64,000 bases of DNA from Fistulifera solaris (GCA_030295235.1 AP026123.1:620001-684000), one strand, 5' to 3'; counted from the first letter of the stretch, positions 12,358-24,686 are shown. Notes: a model not told the origin generated them from the sequence alone. Numbers and translations are program-made.

Positions 12358-15300
12358 ATGCCAGTTCCGAGGAACAAACGCAAACGCGTCGAGAATCCGG
12401 TCGACAGCACCTCTGCACCGTCTCGCCGTCGTCGGGATAGTGGAACGGGTGCTGAGCCGCCGACAAAATCGGATGTTACTCGTCAAGACACAACAATCGA
12501 CGAAGGAAACGATCAAGTCGAAACTTCGGCCGACATCAAGGTTCCTTTGCACCAAGAAGATACCGAAAAGAATGCAGAGCTCGACGAGGGTGAAACTTTG
12601 CCGATGGCATCTCCATCGGCCGAGGGGGCATCGAATAAAGCTCGACTTCGTGCCATGCTGGTTCATAGAAAGTTGCTGCTGACGCGATTACAAACGATGA
12701 AACAAGCAGCACAAACAAGATTGAATGATCTTCCACCAACAAATCAAACGTCAGATGAAGAAGTTGCATCATTTCGAGAACTCTTACGACACGCGTCAAC
12801 TATTGCTCGACAGCAGGCGAAATCCGAGACTCAACAAGAACGAACCTCCGTTTCTCTGCGACGGGGATCTTCGGTGGGAAAAAGAATGAACGCGGCTTTA
12901 TCAACCCTATCATCTGTAGACCCCGGAACTGCTGCTCAGCCCGTACCTACAGGAGACAAATCATCGTCAGCAGTAGGCAGGCCACCATCGGCGGCTCACA
13001 AATCCTTAGCCGTCAAACGATCTGCAACGCCCCAGCCCCAACAACGTCCTGCATCAGCACCTACTCTAGTAAACAACAATAAATTACAACAACAGCGAAT
13101 GCCGCCGCTCAAAGGACATCAGCAACGTACAATGCCCTCGATCTCAATGAATAACGCTACGTCACAGAATATCGTCTGCGCGGAAACCGCTGCACTGAGG
13201 GAACAAAAAGCCGCTATTCAAGCGAAATTGAATGCTTTGTATGAGAGAAGAGGGCAGACGTTTCCTCCGACAAAACGCTTTCACAAAGGCAGGGAGTTGA
13301 AACTAGAATTACCCCCGCGTCGACAAACTGCGTGGGATGTGTTGTTACAAGAAATGCGATGGATGGCTACTGATTTTCGAGAAGAACGTAAATGGAAGCG
13401 TGCGACAACTCGATTGCTCAGCTCCGCCGTTGTGAAGAAAGAAACCAGCGCCAAAGAATTGCCAGCCAAGAAAGTTGAAAAGAGGTGCGCGCCCCTAAAC
13501 CTCTAATAAAAGATTTTTCGAATGTTTACGATGACGCAATGGACGTTGAAACGACAAAGAACGTTGCGAGACAGCTGTCGACAATGATTTCTGAGAAGAT
13601 TGCCTTTCTTCTTGAGGAACCGAAACTCACAAAAGACACGGCCGAGGAAACAAATTTGGATAATGCTACCAGTGAAACGGAGCATCTCATACACGACAAA
13701 AATATCATGCATGAAAAGATTTCCGCTCTTTTCGAGAGCGTTCAAACCACAACATGGGAAGAGGAGCTAGACTTGGGTGAAGGGCAGCAGTACGGATTGC
13801 AAATGTCTGAACAACAATCTGCTACCATTCTTAGAATAGAGTCCGGATGGGATAAGTTAAATGTCGGGAGTGTGCTTCATGGAAGTCGTTGCAGCGGTAA
13901 AACTATACTTGTCTCTTCTCTTCTGTGGCGACGCCGAGATCTCGGTCCGCAGCTTTTACTTTGTCCGGCTTCAAGGTTAATTCGCTGGGGACACGAGCTT
14001 CGACGTTTCACCGGCCTAAGGCCGTTCGTCCTGGACAAAAATGTAGGAATTGATACTCTTGGAAAAAACGATGTACTTCTTTGTAATCACATGACTCTGG
14101 GTCGCTTGAACAAGTCTAGCAGGGCCAAGCACTTCGTTTCCTTGATAATCGATTGCCGTCATGCTTTCGGCTTTGGGAGATCGGAAGCTACGCAAGCTTC
14201 TTTTGTCCCTCATCGATCACATCGTCAAATTGGTGGGATGCCGCCAATGAATTGGTAACCACCAACAGAGATGTTTGATCATCGAAAACGAGTCGAACAC
14301 TGGTGAGCTACCAACGTATGCTCGCGGCCTGCCTCCAAAACAGACACTTGAAATTTTGGCGATGCGCACAATGTTGCTCATGGGTGTGCCCCTTTCGACC
14401 CTTTCGTCTGAGCGACTGGGAGCTAAAAGCCTTCTTTCTTGGGCCAGGAAACATGTGAAGGAGGGACCAACGAAACCAGCGTCTCTGTTCAAGGCAGTGA
14501 AAGATGTATTACTGTTTTCTGTGAAGCCGTTACTTCTTAATTTATCATCGCCCCCTAAACTTGATCGGTCCTGTTTATCAAATAGCGGTAAAGAGCCATG
14601 GATCATTATTCCGATTCAAATGACAGCATTACAGCAAAAAGCATATGTCCATTGCTGCCAGGAAAATCAAGTTTGTCTTTCACAGAGATTTTGGGATTAT
14701 CGCTCGATTTCAGACTCATTACTGCGACTGCGAAGGTGCTGCTCATTCGTTGACAACGATACTCTATCGTCTACGCTGACGCTTTATAAGACAATGAATG
14801 GCTTTCCGAAAGTGAAGACGTCACAATATAGCAACCCCTCTTGGTTGTCTTTCGATGCCGCTAGTTGCCTGCTCAAAGCGTCGGGCAAGCTTCAAGCTCT
14901 TCTATCGATACTTTCTGAACAATCCTCAGTATCATTGACAAACGAGAGTTCGGTGGAACTCTTGCTGAAAACAAAAACACTCTTGACTTACCTTCTTGTG
15001 TCATTCCGAAAGCTAAGAGAATAGCTGTTGTTGCGGCATTACCGGAATTGTTGCTCATGACCTCGATTCTCCTTCACTGTGTGGGTCTGAGCCATCGGTT
15101 GCTCTTGGAACCCACGTCCATGCCAGACGAGTTAGTCTTCGACAATTGGAAAGAAAACCAACTTGCGCTTTGTGATTTCAACTCAGACAGAGTAATACCA
15201 GATATTGTCGTTTGTTCGATTGAATCGATATCGGGTGATCACGGGGGTTTGAGTACCGAGTTAGCTGACCTTTTCGTCTGCCTCGACGAAGATTGGAGCG

Positions 15301-18223
15301 GTCGTTCTGAAGTGTTGCTTCAACAGGTTGTTAATCGCTCGTCGCAGAGACGTTCTCGTCAAGGCATGGCACCATGCAACTTCCTGCGCTTGATATCCAA
15401 AAACACATGTGAATCTACTTTTCTTTTGGATCCTTACAAGCTACGTTCAGGTCGACAGCACCGAATATTTTCTTCAAAACTAAATCCTATTGGGTGGTTT
15501 GATACGCCTGTTATTCTTGAAGAATCCAATAAGGAAGGAGAGGATACAAGAGAGAAAGCCGTTTCATCCAGTCTCTTTGGATTCCCAGCGGATAATGTGC
15601 TGTCATTCCGCGACTCTCTACTATCTGAAATTTTTGCCACCGAACTACCCCCATTACTGTCGCATAATGGAGATGTAATGTTTCTACCGTCGTCGAAACA
15701 AGATAATGAACTGGCATTAGAGTCTTCGTTAATATACTCAATGATCGAAAGCGAGTGGTTGGCGAAAGCGACAACGACGGTGAGACGTGCTTCGATCCAG
15801 ACAACAAAAACAATCCAGGAAAGTTTTTCAGTTCCTGCGCACTTTGATTCAGAATCTGCTTTCTTCTTTTGGAAGACTACGAAAGCATCTGTTTATTCTT
15901 ACATACAGCGACTTGCCGTCATCACTGAGGCAGCCACGTTCGGATCATCAGAAGGATTGACTCTTGCTAGACCATCTTCATTGGCCGGTTCTGCCAACAA
16001 GGATGAACGCATTTCCAAGGGGACGCAAAACAAAGAGTCATTCTCCGAAACATTGGAACCGGATGCATCGGCATCATCTCTTCTCTTTACAACTTCAATG
16101 ACACCAGGAATGAAGGCCGCAAGGAACGCCGTCAACGTTTCAACCTTTACGCCGGTTCGTTTGGCAAAGTGTTTTCGGCGTCGGATCTCTTTACCCCAGG
16201 TCAAGGGGGAGGAACCAATAACGTACACTCCTCCTCTATTCCCACGCATCGTTGAGTCCTCGATTCTTGCCGAGAGTGACTCGGAGTTCATCATATCGTC
16301 ATCGGCAACAGATACTTCTATTAAGGCTTCGCTAAACGGAGATCATCGTGATGCAAAGAGATTACGTTTGGATCATGAGTTTGAAAATTCAGAAGATGTT
16401 TTATTTGACATTGCGCTGGATCTCGAAGATATCAATAAAGATGATAGCCATTCCCAGTCATTAGCAGTGCCAAGCTTAGTTGAAGACTTCGGAATGGCCG
16501 GTGCGGGTGCCGTTCCTCTACCACGGGATTCTGCTCTTGCTGCTGCTTACACTGCAGTGGTGCCCATGTCGCACTCATACTATAAAGAAGCCACGGATTG
16601 TTTTATCGGCAATGATGTATCCGAAATCGAGACAGGAAGTCGCTCTTTTGTAGATGAATCGACGATGAAGTCGGTCATTTTATTTGTGTCGAGAAAGCGT
16701 CCGCGCGGACAGGTGGTGCGACCGGTGACTTCTCAGTCAGGTAAAGCGTATCGTGTGCCCTTACCCGGTTCCTCAGGAACCCCTTCATTCTCGGCTGTCG
16801 GGAAAAGCGTCAATGGTGTTATACACGAGCACAATGGTAATATGACGGGCAAACAGCTGAAGAAAAGAAAGGCAATGGGTTCCAGCGACCACACGATGAC
16901 AGTCTCATCTGCATTTACGCGACTACCTTATAACGAGACAGCACTTCTTGGGGCGACCTTTGGCCAAATGGGCGGACAAGCGATTGTCAAAACCAAAGAT
17001 TCATTGAAGAAGAATTTGCTGATTTCCTTACGCCAATCATCGAGCGGTTCAACGTTGTTCGAATCGACAGGCTTTCGCCTCGCCTCAATCGAAGTAAAAA
17101 ATCGTGTCGGTATCAGGTTGATGTCGCACTCCTGGACGTCTAATTCTGCGTTGGAAGTTGGGCCGGGATTGCCTCTTCATGTCGTGAGACCAGACAGGGA
17201 CCGTCACCCTATTTCTTTCGAAATCGACAGGTCACTATGGACTAGTATTATCAAGAATTTAGGATCAAGCAATGACGAAACAGGAAAAGAATCATTGGAA
17301 ATCGCGGCGAAGCAAAAGGAATCTTTCCACCAGTCTCCCTCTATACCTTGTCGAATGAACTTCGGACCATTCCAAGCAGGATTTCTTGCGTCTCCCACTG
17401 GTATGACTTACATTTCAACGACCAAAAATCGCGTGGGAATTTCGTTACCTATGGGAGTGAAAGTGTCGTCGAATTTCGATAGCAGTATCAACGATGTGGA
17501 CTGGACGCCGAGCCACGACGAACATCTCATCCATGCCGTACAGAAATTCGGTTGTAACTGGAACATGGTTGCGAAATCACAAGCGAATTTCAATGAATTT
17601 CGATACGTTTATGATAGCCAGTCTGCTTCTCGGGGAATCTCTCGTAACTGTCGCGAACGCTGGCAGGCATTGTTAAAAATTGATCCGCTCTTGAATGCGA
17701 ATGGTAACCAGCGGCACAAATCTTTTGTCACAAGATCGATCTACCGGCAGGTGATGATGTAGGCCAACACATTGAGCGTCCCTCTTTTGCCGCTTGTAAC
17801 CGAAAAGATCAAACAATTGTTATCTTTGTCCCAGGAACAGCGCTGTTGGGTAAGCAATCGGATGATGCCGAGAACAGTGCAAGGAAAGATACAATGGAAA
17901 TAGAAGCAGTTAGACCAAAACGAACTTTCAAAGCATTCAACAAGTCGAAACCGTTAGCTATGAAGCAGAAAGTTCCAATTCCAGGTGTCGCAACGGAGAA
18001 GCCATCCATCGGGCCAAGTCACCCCTCTCATGCTCAGTCCGTTGACGAGGCCGTGACGGCATTGGGAGCCAGTGGAAGGTCCGAAATGTGGCCGCTCCAA
18101 TTTCTAGTAGCGAATGCTAAACGCGCACCATCAGGAGATAACAACAAAGCGACTAATAATGTTTCTGTAAACAGCCGAACCCACACTCAAGCACCGGCAG
18201 GTCAACCCAAAACTGGAGCATAG
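12358..18223 (+). CDS. EP400/Eaf1-like chromatin protein: HSA domain, degenerate Snf2 ATPase, SANT/Myb domain
   Basis: HSA: PPRRQTAWDVLLQEMRWMATDFREERKWK. Snf2 remnants: GSRCSGKT, PQLLLCPAS...WGHELRRF, LIIDCRH, MTALQQKAY, LLRLRRCC, ASGKLQAL, DEDWS. SANT: WTPSHDEHLIHAVQKFGCNWNMVA...CRERW. Five consecutive ORFs joined by apparent frameshifts. Confidence 0.75.
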
Positions 18224-19756
18224 CTTGAGCACCTATGGGTAGAGGAAACGCAGATTTGTACATTAGAACATAACTATAGAAACAATTTTGAGATGTACAT
18301 GGAACGGGGTGCTAACTTTCATTGCTTCGTTATTCGGAGGCCTAGATGAATGCCACATAAATATTCGGAGCATCGAATCTTTAACAAACAACTTACATTT
18401 CGAATTCGAATTGGCGTCCATTCCCCAATAAATATTGAATAACATAACAGAGACGCACTCGCTTGAGCAGTCCAAGATGAAATGCTTCTTCAGTCTACGC
18501 CGACGCTCCCAATTGAAACGGCATCAGTATCCTAATCAAATTATTATTTGCGGAATATATTGGAAGCTCTCTCCAAGGCGGCCAGTGAAGTCATGAAATA
18601 GGGAACAGATTCGAATCTCCTTGCATATACGACAATGTCGTTTAATGACAACGAACGAAGGAAGCGTTTACTACCACAGCTTTTAAAGCAGTAGAGGGGT
18701 CGACAGTGATCAATCACAGACCAATTGCTGTGATCCATTGTAATGACGAAAGCGCGTATTCGATTTGAACGTGTTAAGTTCCTCAGACCTTAACTTCGTC
18801 ATCACTTAGCAACTCCAGCAATTGACAGAAAAGTCGTGTCATTCAGTGCCGCCACAGTTCCCAACAAAATGGCATCTGCATTTTGAATTTTCTGCATGAA
18901 AAGGGTTATAACTATAAGAGCAACATGCACAGGCAATGTGCTGCACTCCATGATGTATCCATTCGGGCGACGAAAAACCCATTTAAGAAAAGTTTTACCG
19001 CTCGAGATTGGTTGACTGGGAGTTTTGTCGCCATATCAGCTGCGATATGATATGGGTGTTTGCACATGTCCTTAGAAAGTGGAGCGAGTCAAACCAAAGG
19101 TAGAAACGACCAGTTCCGAGATCACGGACACCAACAACGAAACGAGGCGAAGTCGGTGATGTGTTGAATTGATAATTATAACGTCACTCCCTTTCCGCAA
19201 GTTGGGAGATGATTTTGGATGAAGCGGGTTGAAGCCTGAGTGAAAACTAGATTATACGGATGGTCAATACATATATTAAACGATTCAGTCGAATGAAAAT
19301 AGTAAGACAATCTTTCGGGCCGTCTTCTTCAGAAATAAGATCGAAACCTTCGACATGTCGACATGGCGACGGCGACGCGGAGGAAGAATCATCATCTGTC
19401 GTGCACAGCTGAAGCCGACAAGGGCCTACCTGGCGACTGCGACAAAGCCATCGCTTTAGAATCAAGTGATCACTTGAATAACACCAAGAGAAACGAAAGA
19501 GACGACAATTATGATACACAATCGGATCACCTTTTTTGCGTTTTCCTTTCAAAACAAATTCCTGTATTTTCGGTCTATACAAAGAAAGTACATATTACGC
19601 TATACTCTTTTCATTGCTTACCAGTAATACGTATAATACTAAACCCGTATCGTATTCTACCGCAGCAGCACGGGTGTAGCCGCTGTGCCGCGGTGCAGCG
19701 CGCGGTACAGTATATTTGCCGCACTTTTTTCTCTTGAAACAAGGTCTTGCAACAAA

Positions 19757-22700
19757 ATGATAAACTCTATCAAAACAAACAAAACTTTCGCGAGCTTCGT
19801 GCTCTTTACTTGCATCCTTACGTCTCCTGTCGGCCGGATTGGCTGTTTCTTCGCTCCGGCGGAGATTCAGTTTGCTCTGGAGATTGTACGTTTGCTGCGC
19901 AACAGCGCAAGTGTTCAGTCGCTTTCGGAGTCGGTGTGTGTTCTCTCCTGCGTCTGTTTGCTTGTTCTGTCGTTCTTGTCGGTTCTTCGCATCATTTTTG
20001 TGCCTGCTTGCGTTGCAGGGCTTGTGTTGATGCGTTTCTGCGCTCGGACCGTCGCAGAAATGGCTCTTCTGGCGCTGAAGAGTTTTTGCTCGACCATTTG
20101 GCTGCTGTTTGGTCGTCGTGCGGCTGTTTGCTTCGTTCTTCTTAACGCAAACGGTTGTGTGTATCGTGAAGATGTTCTCTTGCAAAAGGACACGGAGTTT
20201 TCAGTTCGTTTGGAGACTCTACGTCTCACGATGTTTCGTCCTGTAGCTCCGGTACTTGATGCTACGGGGAAACAATTTGATTTGAAGCGAAACCACCGTG
20301 TCATTTTTCAGGTGTCTTTCGTCTTCGTCCTCTTTATTATGGTGATTGCATTTGTTGCAGCTTGTGGAGATGCCAGATGGATCGGTACTTCCGCAGTTGG
20401 CTTGTATTTGTTATTTGCTGAGCTTCGTCGGTCGTCCGCAGCAACAGCAATTCATAATTATTTGCGATTGGGCGACTTCGAGACGTCCAGCTCTTTTGCT
20501 CTCGATCCCATTCGCCATGTGTGTGAATTTTCAAACAAGCGTGTCGTTTGGAACGCACATTTCCGATGCTTGTTGAAGGAAAGAGGTCTTCTTCGCGTTC
20601 GTTTCGCCCCCGATGATAATTTGCTGTCGTTTTGTTTCATCGAACGGATCGGGCAACTGAGTGCTCGTGAATACCTCACTGATCCTCGTCATTGTCGTCG
20701 TCGCATTGGGGCGATGCCTTTTGCTCCAATAAAGACGAAACCGGCTGCTGAGTCTTCTATAAGTTCCGCGTCGACAGTTCTTGCTTCGGTCAGAGTGAAA
20801 TTGTTCAAGGAGACGATCGATAAGGAAGATGTTGATGCGGACGATGCTGTGCCAATGGACTGGTCACCGACGCCTAATAAAGTGGCTGAACCGGAGGTGG
20901 ATGCGATAGCCGGGTCGATTGTTGAGATTCCGGTTCCGGTTGCTATGGAGTTAGATGCGATGACGACTTCGGATGATCCGGTTGTTATGGACGCGGTTGT
21001 AGCATTTGATCGAATGTCGGTCGTTGTTGCTCTTGGGAAGCGCAAGCGCGATTTGGAAGATGATTTTGATACTTTTTCTCCGGTGAGGAATTTGAAGCGG
21101 CGAAAGTTATGCCAGCATCCTGTCCCGGTGGTGGATTCGGTCAACATGGAATTAGATGGGGAGAAGGCGAGTTTGGATGATCCTGTTGACATGGGGGTGG
21201 ATGTGATGCCGAGTTTCGATGATGTGATTGACATGGAGGTGGATGCAATGGCGTCTTCAGATAAAGTGGCTGAACCGGAGGTGGATGCGATAGCCGGGTC
21301 GATTGTTGAGATTCCGGTTCCGGTTGCTATGGAGTTAGATGCGATGACGACTTCGGATGATCCGGTTGTTATGGACGTGGTTGAAGCATTTGATCGAATG
21401 GCGATCGTTGTTGCTCTTGGGAAGCGCAAGCGCAATAAGGAAGATGAGGATAAGGCGAGTTTGGATGATCCTGTTGACATGGGGGTGGATGTGATGCCGA
21501 GTTTCGATGAGGTGATTGACATGGAGGTGGATGCAATGGCGTCTTCAGATAAAGTGGCTGAACCGGAGGTGGATGCGATAGCGGGGTCGAGTGTTGAGAT
21601 TCCGGTTCCGGTTGCTATGGAGTTAGATGCGATGACGACTTCGGATGATCCGGTTGTTATGGACGCGGTTGTAGCATTTGATCGAATGTCGATCGTTGTT
21701 GCTCTTGGGAAGCGCAAGCGCGATTTGGAAGATGATTTTGATACTTTTTCTCCGGTGAGGAATTTGAAGCGGCGAAAGTTATGCCAGCATCCTGTCCCGG
21801 TGGTGGATTCGGTCAACATGGAATTAGATGGTGAGAAGGCGAGTTTGGATGATCCTGTTGACATGGGGGTGGATGTGATGCCGAGTTTCGATGAGGTGAT
21901 TGACATGGAGGTGGATGCAATGGCGTCTTCAGATAAAGTGGCTGAACCGGAGGTGGATGCGATAGCGGGGTCGAGTGTTGAGATTCCGGTTCCGGTTGCT
22001 ATGGAGTTAGATGCGATGACGACTTCGGATGATCCGGTTGTTATGGACGCGGTTGTAGCATTTGATCGAATGTCGATCGTTGTTGCTCTTGGGAAGCGCA
22101 AGCGCGATTTGGAAGATGATTTTGATACTTTTTCTCCGGTGAGGAATTTGAAGCGGCGAAAGTTATGCCAGCATCCTGTCCCGGTGGTGGATTCGGTCAA
22201 CATGGAATTAGATGGTGAGAAGGCGAGTTTGGATGATCCTGTTGACATGGGGGTGGATGTGATGCCGAGTTTCGATGATGTGATTGACATGGAGGTGGAT
22301 GCAATGGCGTCTTCAGATAAAGTGGCTGAACCGGAGGTGGATGCGATAGCCGGGTCGATTGTTGAGATTCCGGTTCCGGTTGCTATGGAGTTAGATGCGA
22401 TGCCGACTTCGGATGATCCGGTTGTTATGGACGTGGTTGAAGCATTTGATCGAATGGCGATCGTTGTTGCTCTTGAGAAGCGCAAGCGCGATTTGGAAGA
22501 TGCTTTTGTTAATGCCTCTCTGGTGAGGAATTTGAAGCGGCGAAAGTTATGCCAGGATCCTGTCCCGGTGGTGGATTCGGTCAACATGGAGTTAGATGAG
22601 GATAAGGCGAGTTTGGATGATCCTGTTGACATGGGGGTGGATGCGATGCTGAGTTCAGTTCATGCCATGCCGAGTTCAAAGAAAAGTTGTAGTCCTCGCC

Positions 22701-22807
22701 TCCTCCGTACCCGTCCTTACCTGGAGCGGAAGTGCAAGGTTGTTGTTTGCTTGCGCATGCGCCCGTACTTTGCTCGGCAATGCAAAAGAATGTTCGGGTT
22801 TTGGTAG
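19757..22807 (+). CDS. Orphan protein: hydrophobic N-terminal third plus acidic 128-aa tandem repeats carrying basic NLS-like motifs
   Basis: Uninterrupted ORF of >1000 codons, first ATG at 19757; repeats contain LGKRKR and LKRRKL; no intron needed. Confidence 0.55.
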   Translation: MINSIKTNKTFASFVLFTCILTSPVGRIGCFFAPAEIQFALEIVRLLRNSASVQSLSESVCVLSCVCLLVLSFLSVLRIIFVPACVAGLVLMRFCARTVAEMALLALKSFCSTIWLLFGRRAAVCFVLLNANGCVYREDVLLQKDTEFSVRLETLRLTMFRPVAPVLDATGKQFDLKRNHRVIFQVSFVFVLFIMVIAFVAACGDARWIGTSAVGLYLLFAELRRSSAATAIHNYLRLGDFETSSSFALDPIRHVCEFSNKRVVWNAHFRCLLKERGLLRVRFAPDDNLLSFCFIERIGQLSAREYLTDPRHCRRRIGAMPFAPIKTKPAAESSISSASTVLASVRVKLFKETIDKEDVDADDAVPMDWSPTPNKVAEPEVDAIAGSIVEIPVPVAMELDAMTTSDDPVVMDAVVAFDRMSVVVALGKRKRDLEDDFDTFSPVRNLKRRKLCQHPVPVVDSVNMELDGEKASLDDPVDMGVDVMPSFDDVIDMEVDAMASSDKVAEPEVDAIAGSIVEIPVPVAMELDAMTTSDDPVVMDVVEAFDRMAIVVALGKRKRNKEDEDKASLDDPVDMGVDVMPSFDEVIDMEVDAMASSDKVAEPEVDAIAGSSVEIPVPVAMELDAMTTSDDPVVMDAVVAFDRMSIVVALGKRKRDLEDDFDTFSPVRNLKRRKLCQHPVPVVDSVNMELDGEKASLDDPVDMGVDVMPSFDEVIDMEVDAMASSDKVAEPEVDAIAGSSVEIPVPVAMELDAMTTSDDPVVMDAVVAFDRMSIVVALGKRKRDLEDDFDTFSPVRNLKRRKLCQHPVPVVDSVNMELDGEKASLDDPVDMGVDVMPSFDDVIDMEVDAMASSDKVAEPEVDAIAGSIVEIPVPVAMELDAMPTSDDPVVMDVVEAFDRMAIVVALEKRKRDLEDAFVNASLVRNLKRRKLCQDPVPVVDSVNMELDEDKASLDDPVDMGVDAMLSSVHAMPSSKKSCSPRLLRTRPYLERKCKVVVCLRMRPYFARQCKRMFGFW
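20878..22655 (+). repeat. Coding tandem repeat of 384 bp (one unit 288 bp), five units
   Basis: agtggctgaaccggagg at 20881, 21265, 21553, 21937, 22321; all spacings are multiples of 3. Confidence 0.95.
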
Positions 22808-23002
22808 TGTAGAATGATTTATTGATGTTGGGCCAGAAAAGCGGAGGATGAGAGAATGTCACGAGGAGGTGCTGGATTTTCGTTCACGTTGAACTCGACG
22901 GTAGAGTAACTGGCAGGGACGGTGACAAGGTACGTTCACTCTTGAATCCAAATCTTTTCTGTGTTTTTCTTTCAAGACCCAATCAATTGGCCAGGCGTGG
23001 CA

Positions 23003-23590
23003 AGCCAACTCTCGCGTTGCGATGAAGTTAGGGCCCCATTCTCTCGTTAAGACGCCAGATGCGCCGTCTGCGAGTGTGATTTATGTGTTGAATCACTCGT
23101 AGCTCGGTGACTTGGTGCAGTGAGACTCGAAAATGGTGTTCTTTCTTCTAGCTCCGCGTGCAACAGTTGGGCTCCTTTTGATTTTGGGATCTAGGCGAGG
23201 GCGAGCCAACTCTCGCGTTGCGATGAAGTTAGGGCCCCATTCTCTCGTTAAGACTCCAGATGCGCCGTCTGCGAGTGTGATTTATGTGTTGAATCACTCG
23301 TAGCTCGGTGACTTGGTGCAGTGAGACTCAAAATGGTGTTCTTTCTTCTAGCTCCGCGTGCAACAGTTGGGCTCCTTTTGATTTTGGGATCTAGGCGAGG
23401 GCGAGCCAACTCTCGCGTTGCGATGAAGTTAGGGCCCCATTCTCTCGTTAAGACGCCAGATGCGCCGTCTGCGAGTGTGATTTATGTGTTGAATCACTCG
23501 TAGCTCGGTGACTTGGTGCAGTGAGACTCGAAAATGGTGTTCTTTCTTCTAGCTCCGCGTGCAATAGTTGAGCTCCTTTTGGTTTCGGGA
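23003..23590. repeat. Non-coding tandem repeat, 200-201 bp x ~2.9
   Basis: agccaactctcgcgttgcg at 23003, 23204, 23404. Confidence 0.95.
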
Positions 23591-24233
23591 CCGGCGTTCT
23601 ATCTATTTTGTTTAGAATAAGAAGTAGTAGACTAGATTTTTTTTTAAAAAAAATTTTTCTAGTTTGTAGTTTGCTCCATGTTTGGACCTGGTATACATAG
23701 ATCACAGCGTTGGTGACTTCTCGAGTCATCCAATTGATCGAACACAATTCACGTCGCACCCGGTAATCGCTAATTCGGGAGCACTGGCAATCGACCCTGC
23801 GCGAATTTGATTTCCGCTCAAATAATTATGCTTTCTTGTTTTCGAAAAGTTAGTCACCATTAGATCATCTTCAGAGAACCATGTCAGCACTTGTGCATTG
23901 CAGGCAGCTACCAGGTACAGAGGTTAAATAATACAGATTGCCCGTATTCAAGTTACGACCGAACGCAACCATAATACGTCCATGATCTTCTCCCATTTCG
24001 TACGGACGCGGGCACGTTTGGACTTATTCTCGATTCCCGTTCATATCTCTTTCTTTTCGTCTTTTGTTGTTTTATTTCAGCTCATACCGTGGCCAAGCTG
24101 TCTAGAGAAGGTGCAGTGACTAGATTTGCACGCCGCAACTTCCTTCTCGAGAACAAGTACCAAGCGTGCTATATCTTGCATTGTAACGAAGCTGTCATGC
24201 GACCATGGTGAACGTGAACACTTTTTTTTTCAA

Positions 24234-24686
24234 TCACAGTCTTGATTCGAGCGCCTTCTCTTCGTCGGCTATCTTTACCAATCCCCATCCACTGAATCGA
24301 TTGTACTCCACTAACCGCAAGGAATATCCCCCAAACAGACCCTCTTTAGCCGCAAGCTCACATACCTGCCGTTGGAAAGATAGGCTGATCAAGATGATCC
24401 CACGTTTCGACTTGATATGCATCACAACATCTAGTACAGGAGTCCTTTCCAACACGATCATAGCAGCTGCTACGTCAAAACAGAACGATTATGTCCTCCG
24501 AGGCAATGAAGTAGAATGTTCCCACCCTTCCTGTAAGAAATTCCTGCATTCTTCCCGATGCAAACCAAGCATATCGTAATGTTCTTCGTCGACACCCTTG
24601 ACATGAAAATGTCGAATGTTTTCACGAGCCAGTAATCCCTGAATCATCAGCTGCACTTTTTCGTCCATCATGTAATTTGTACTCAC
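24234..24686 (-). pseudogene. Probable decayed coding sequence of unknown family
   Basis: Two ORFs (24489-24686 and 24234-24461) in the same frame, separated by an in-frame TAA; globular-looking translation. Confidence 0.35.

Noticed and set aside
18263..19600. Possible gene remnants upstream of the orphan ORF
   Set aside because: Only short ORFs with no family signal that I can support.
20689..22632. 647-aa Ser/Thr-rich antisense ORF as a separate gene
   Set aside because: Explained by repetition of one stop-free unit; the + ORF extends beyond the repeats on both sides. Not fully excluded.
23003..23590. Hammerhead / Penelope pseudo-LTR (CCATTC...CGAAAATGG)
   Set aside because: Stem III-like pairing exists but CTGANGA is absent, and no RT or GIY-YIG ORF is nearby.
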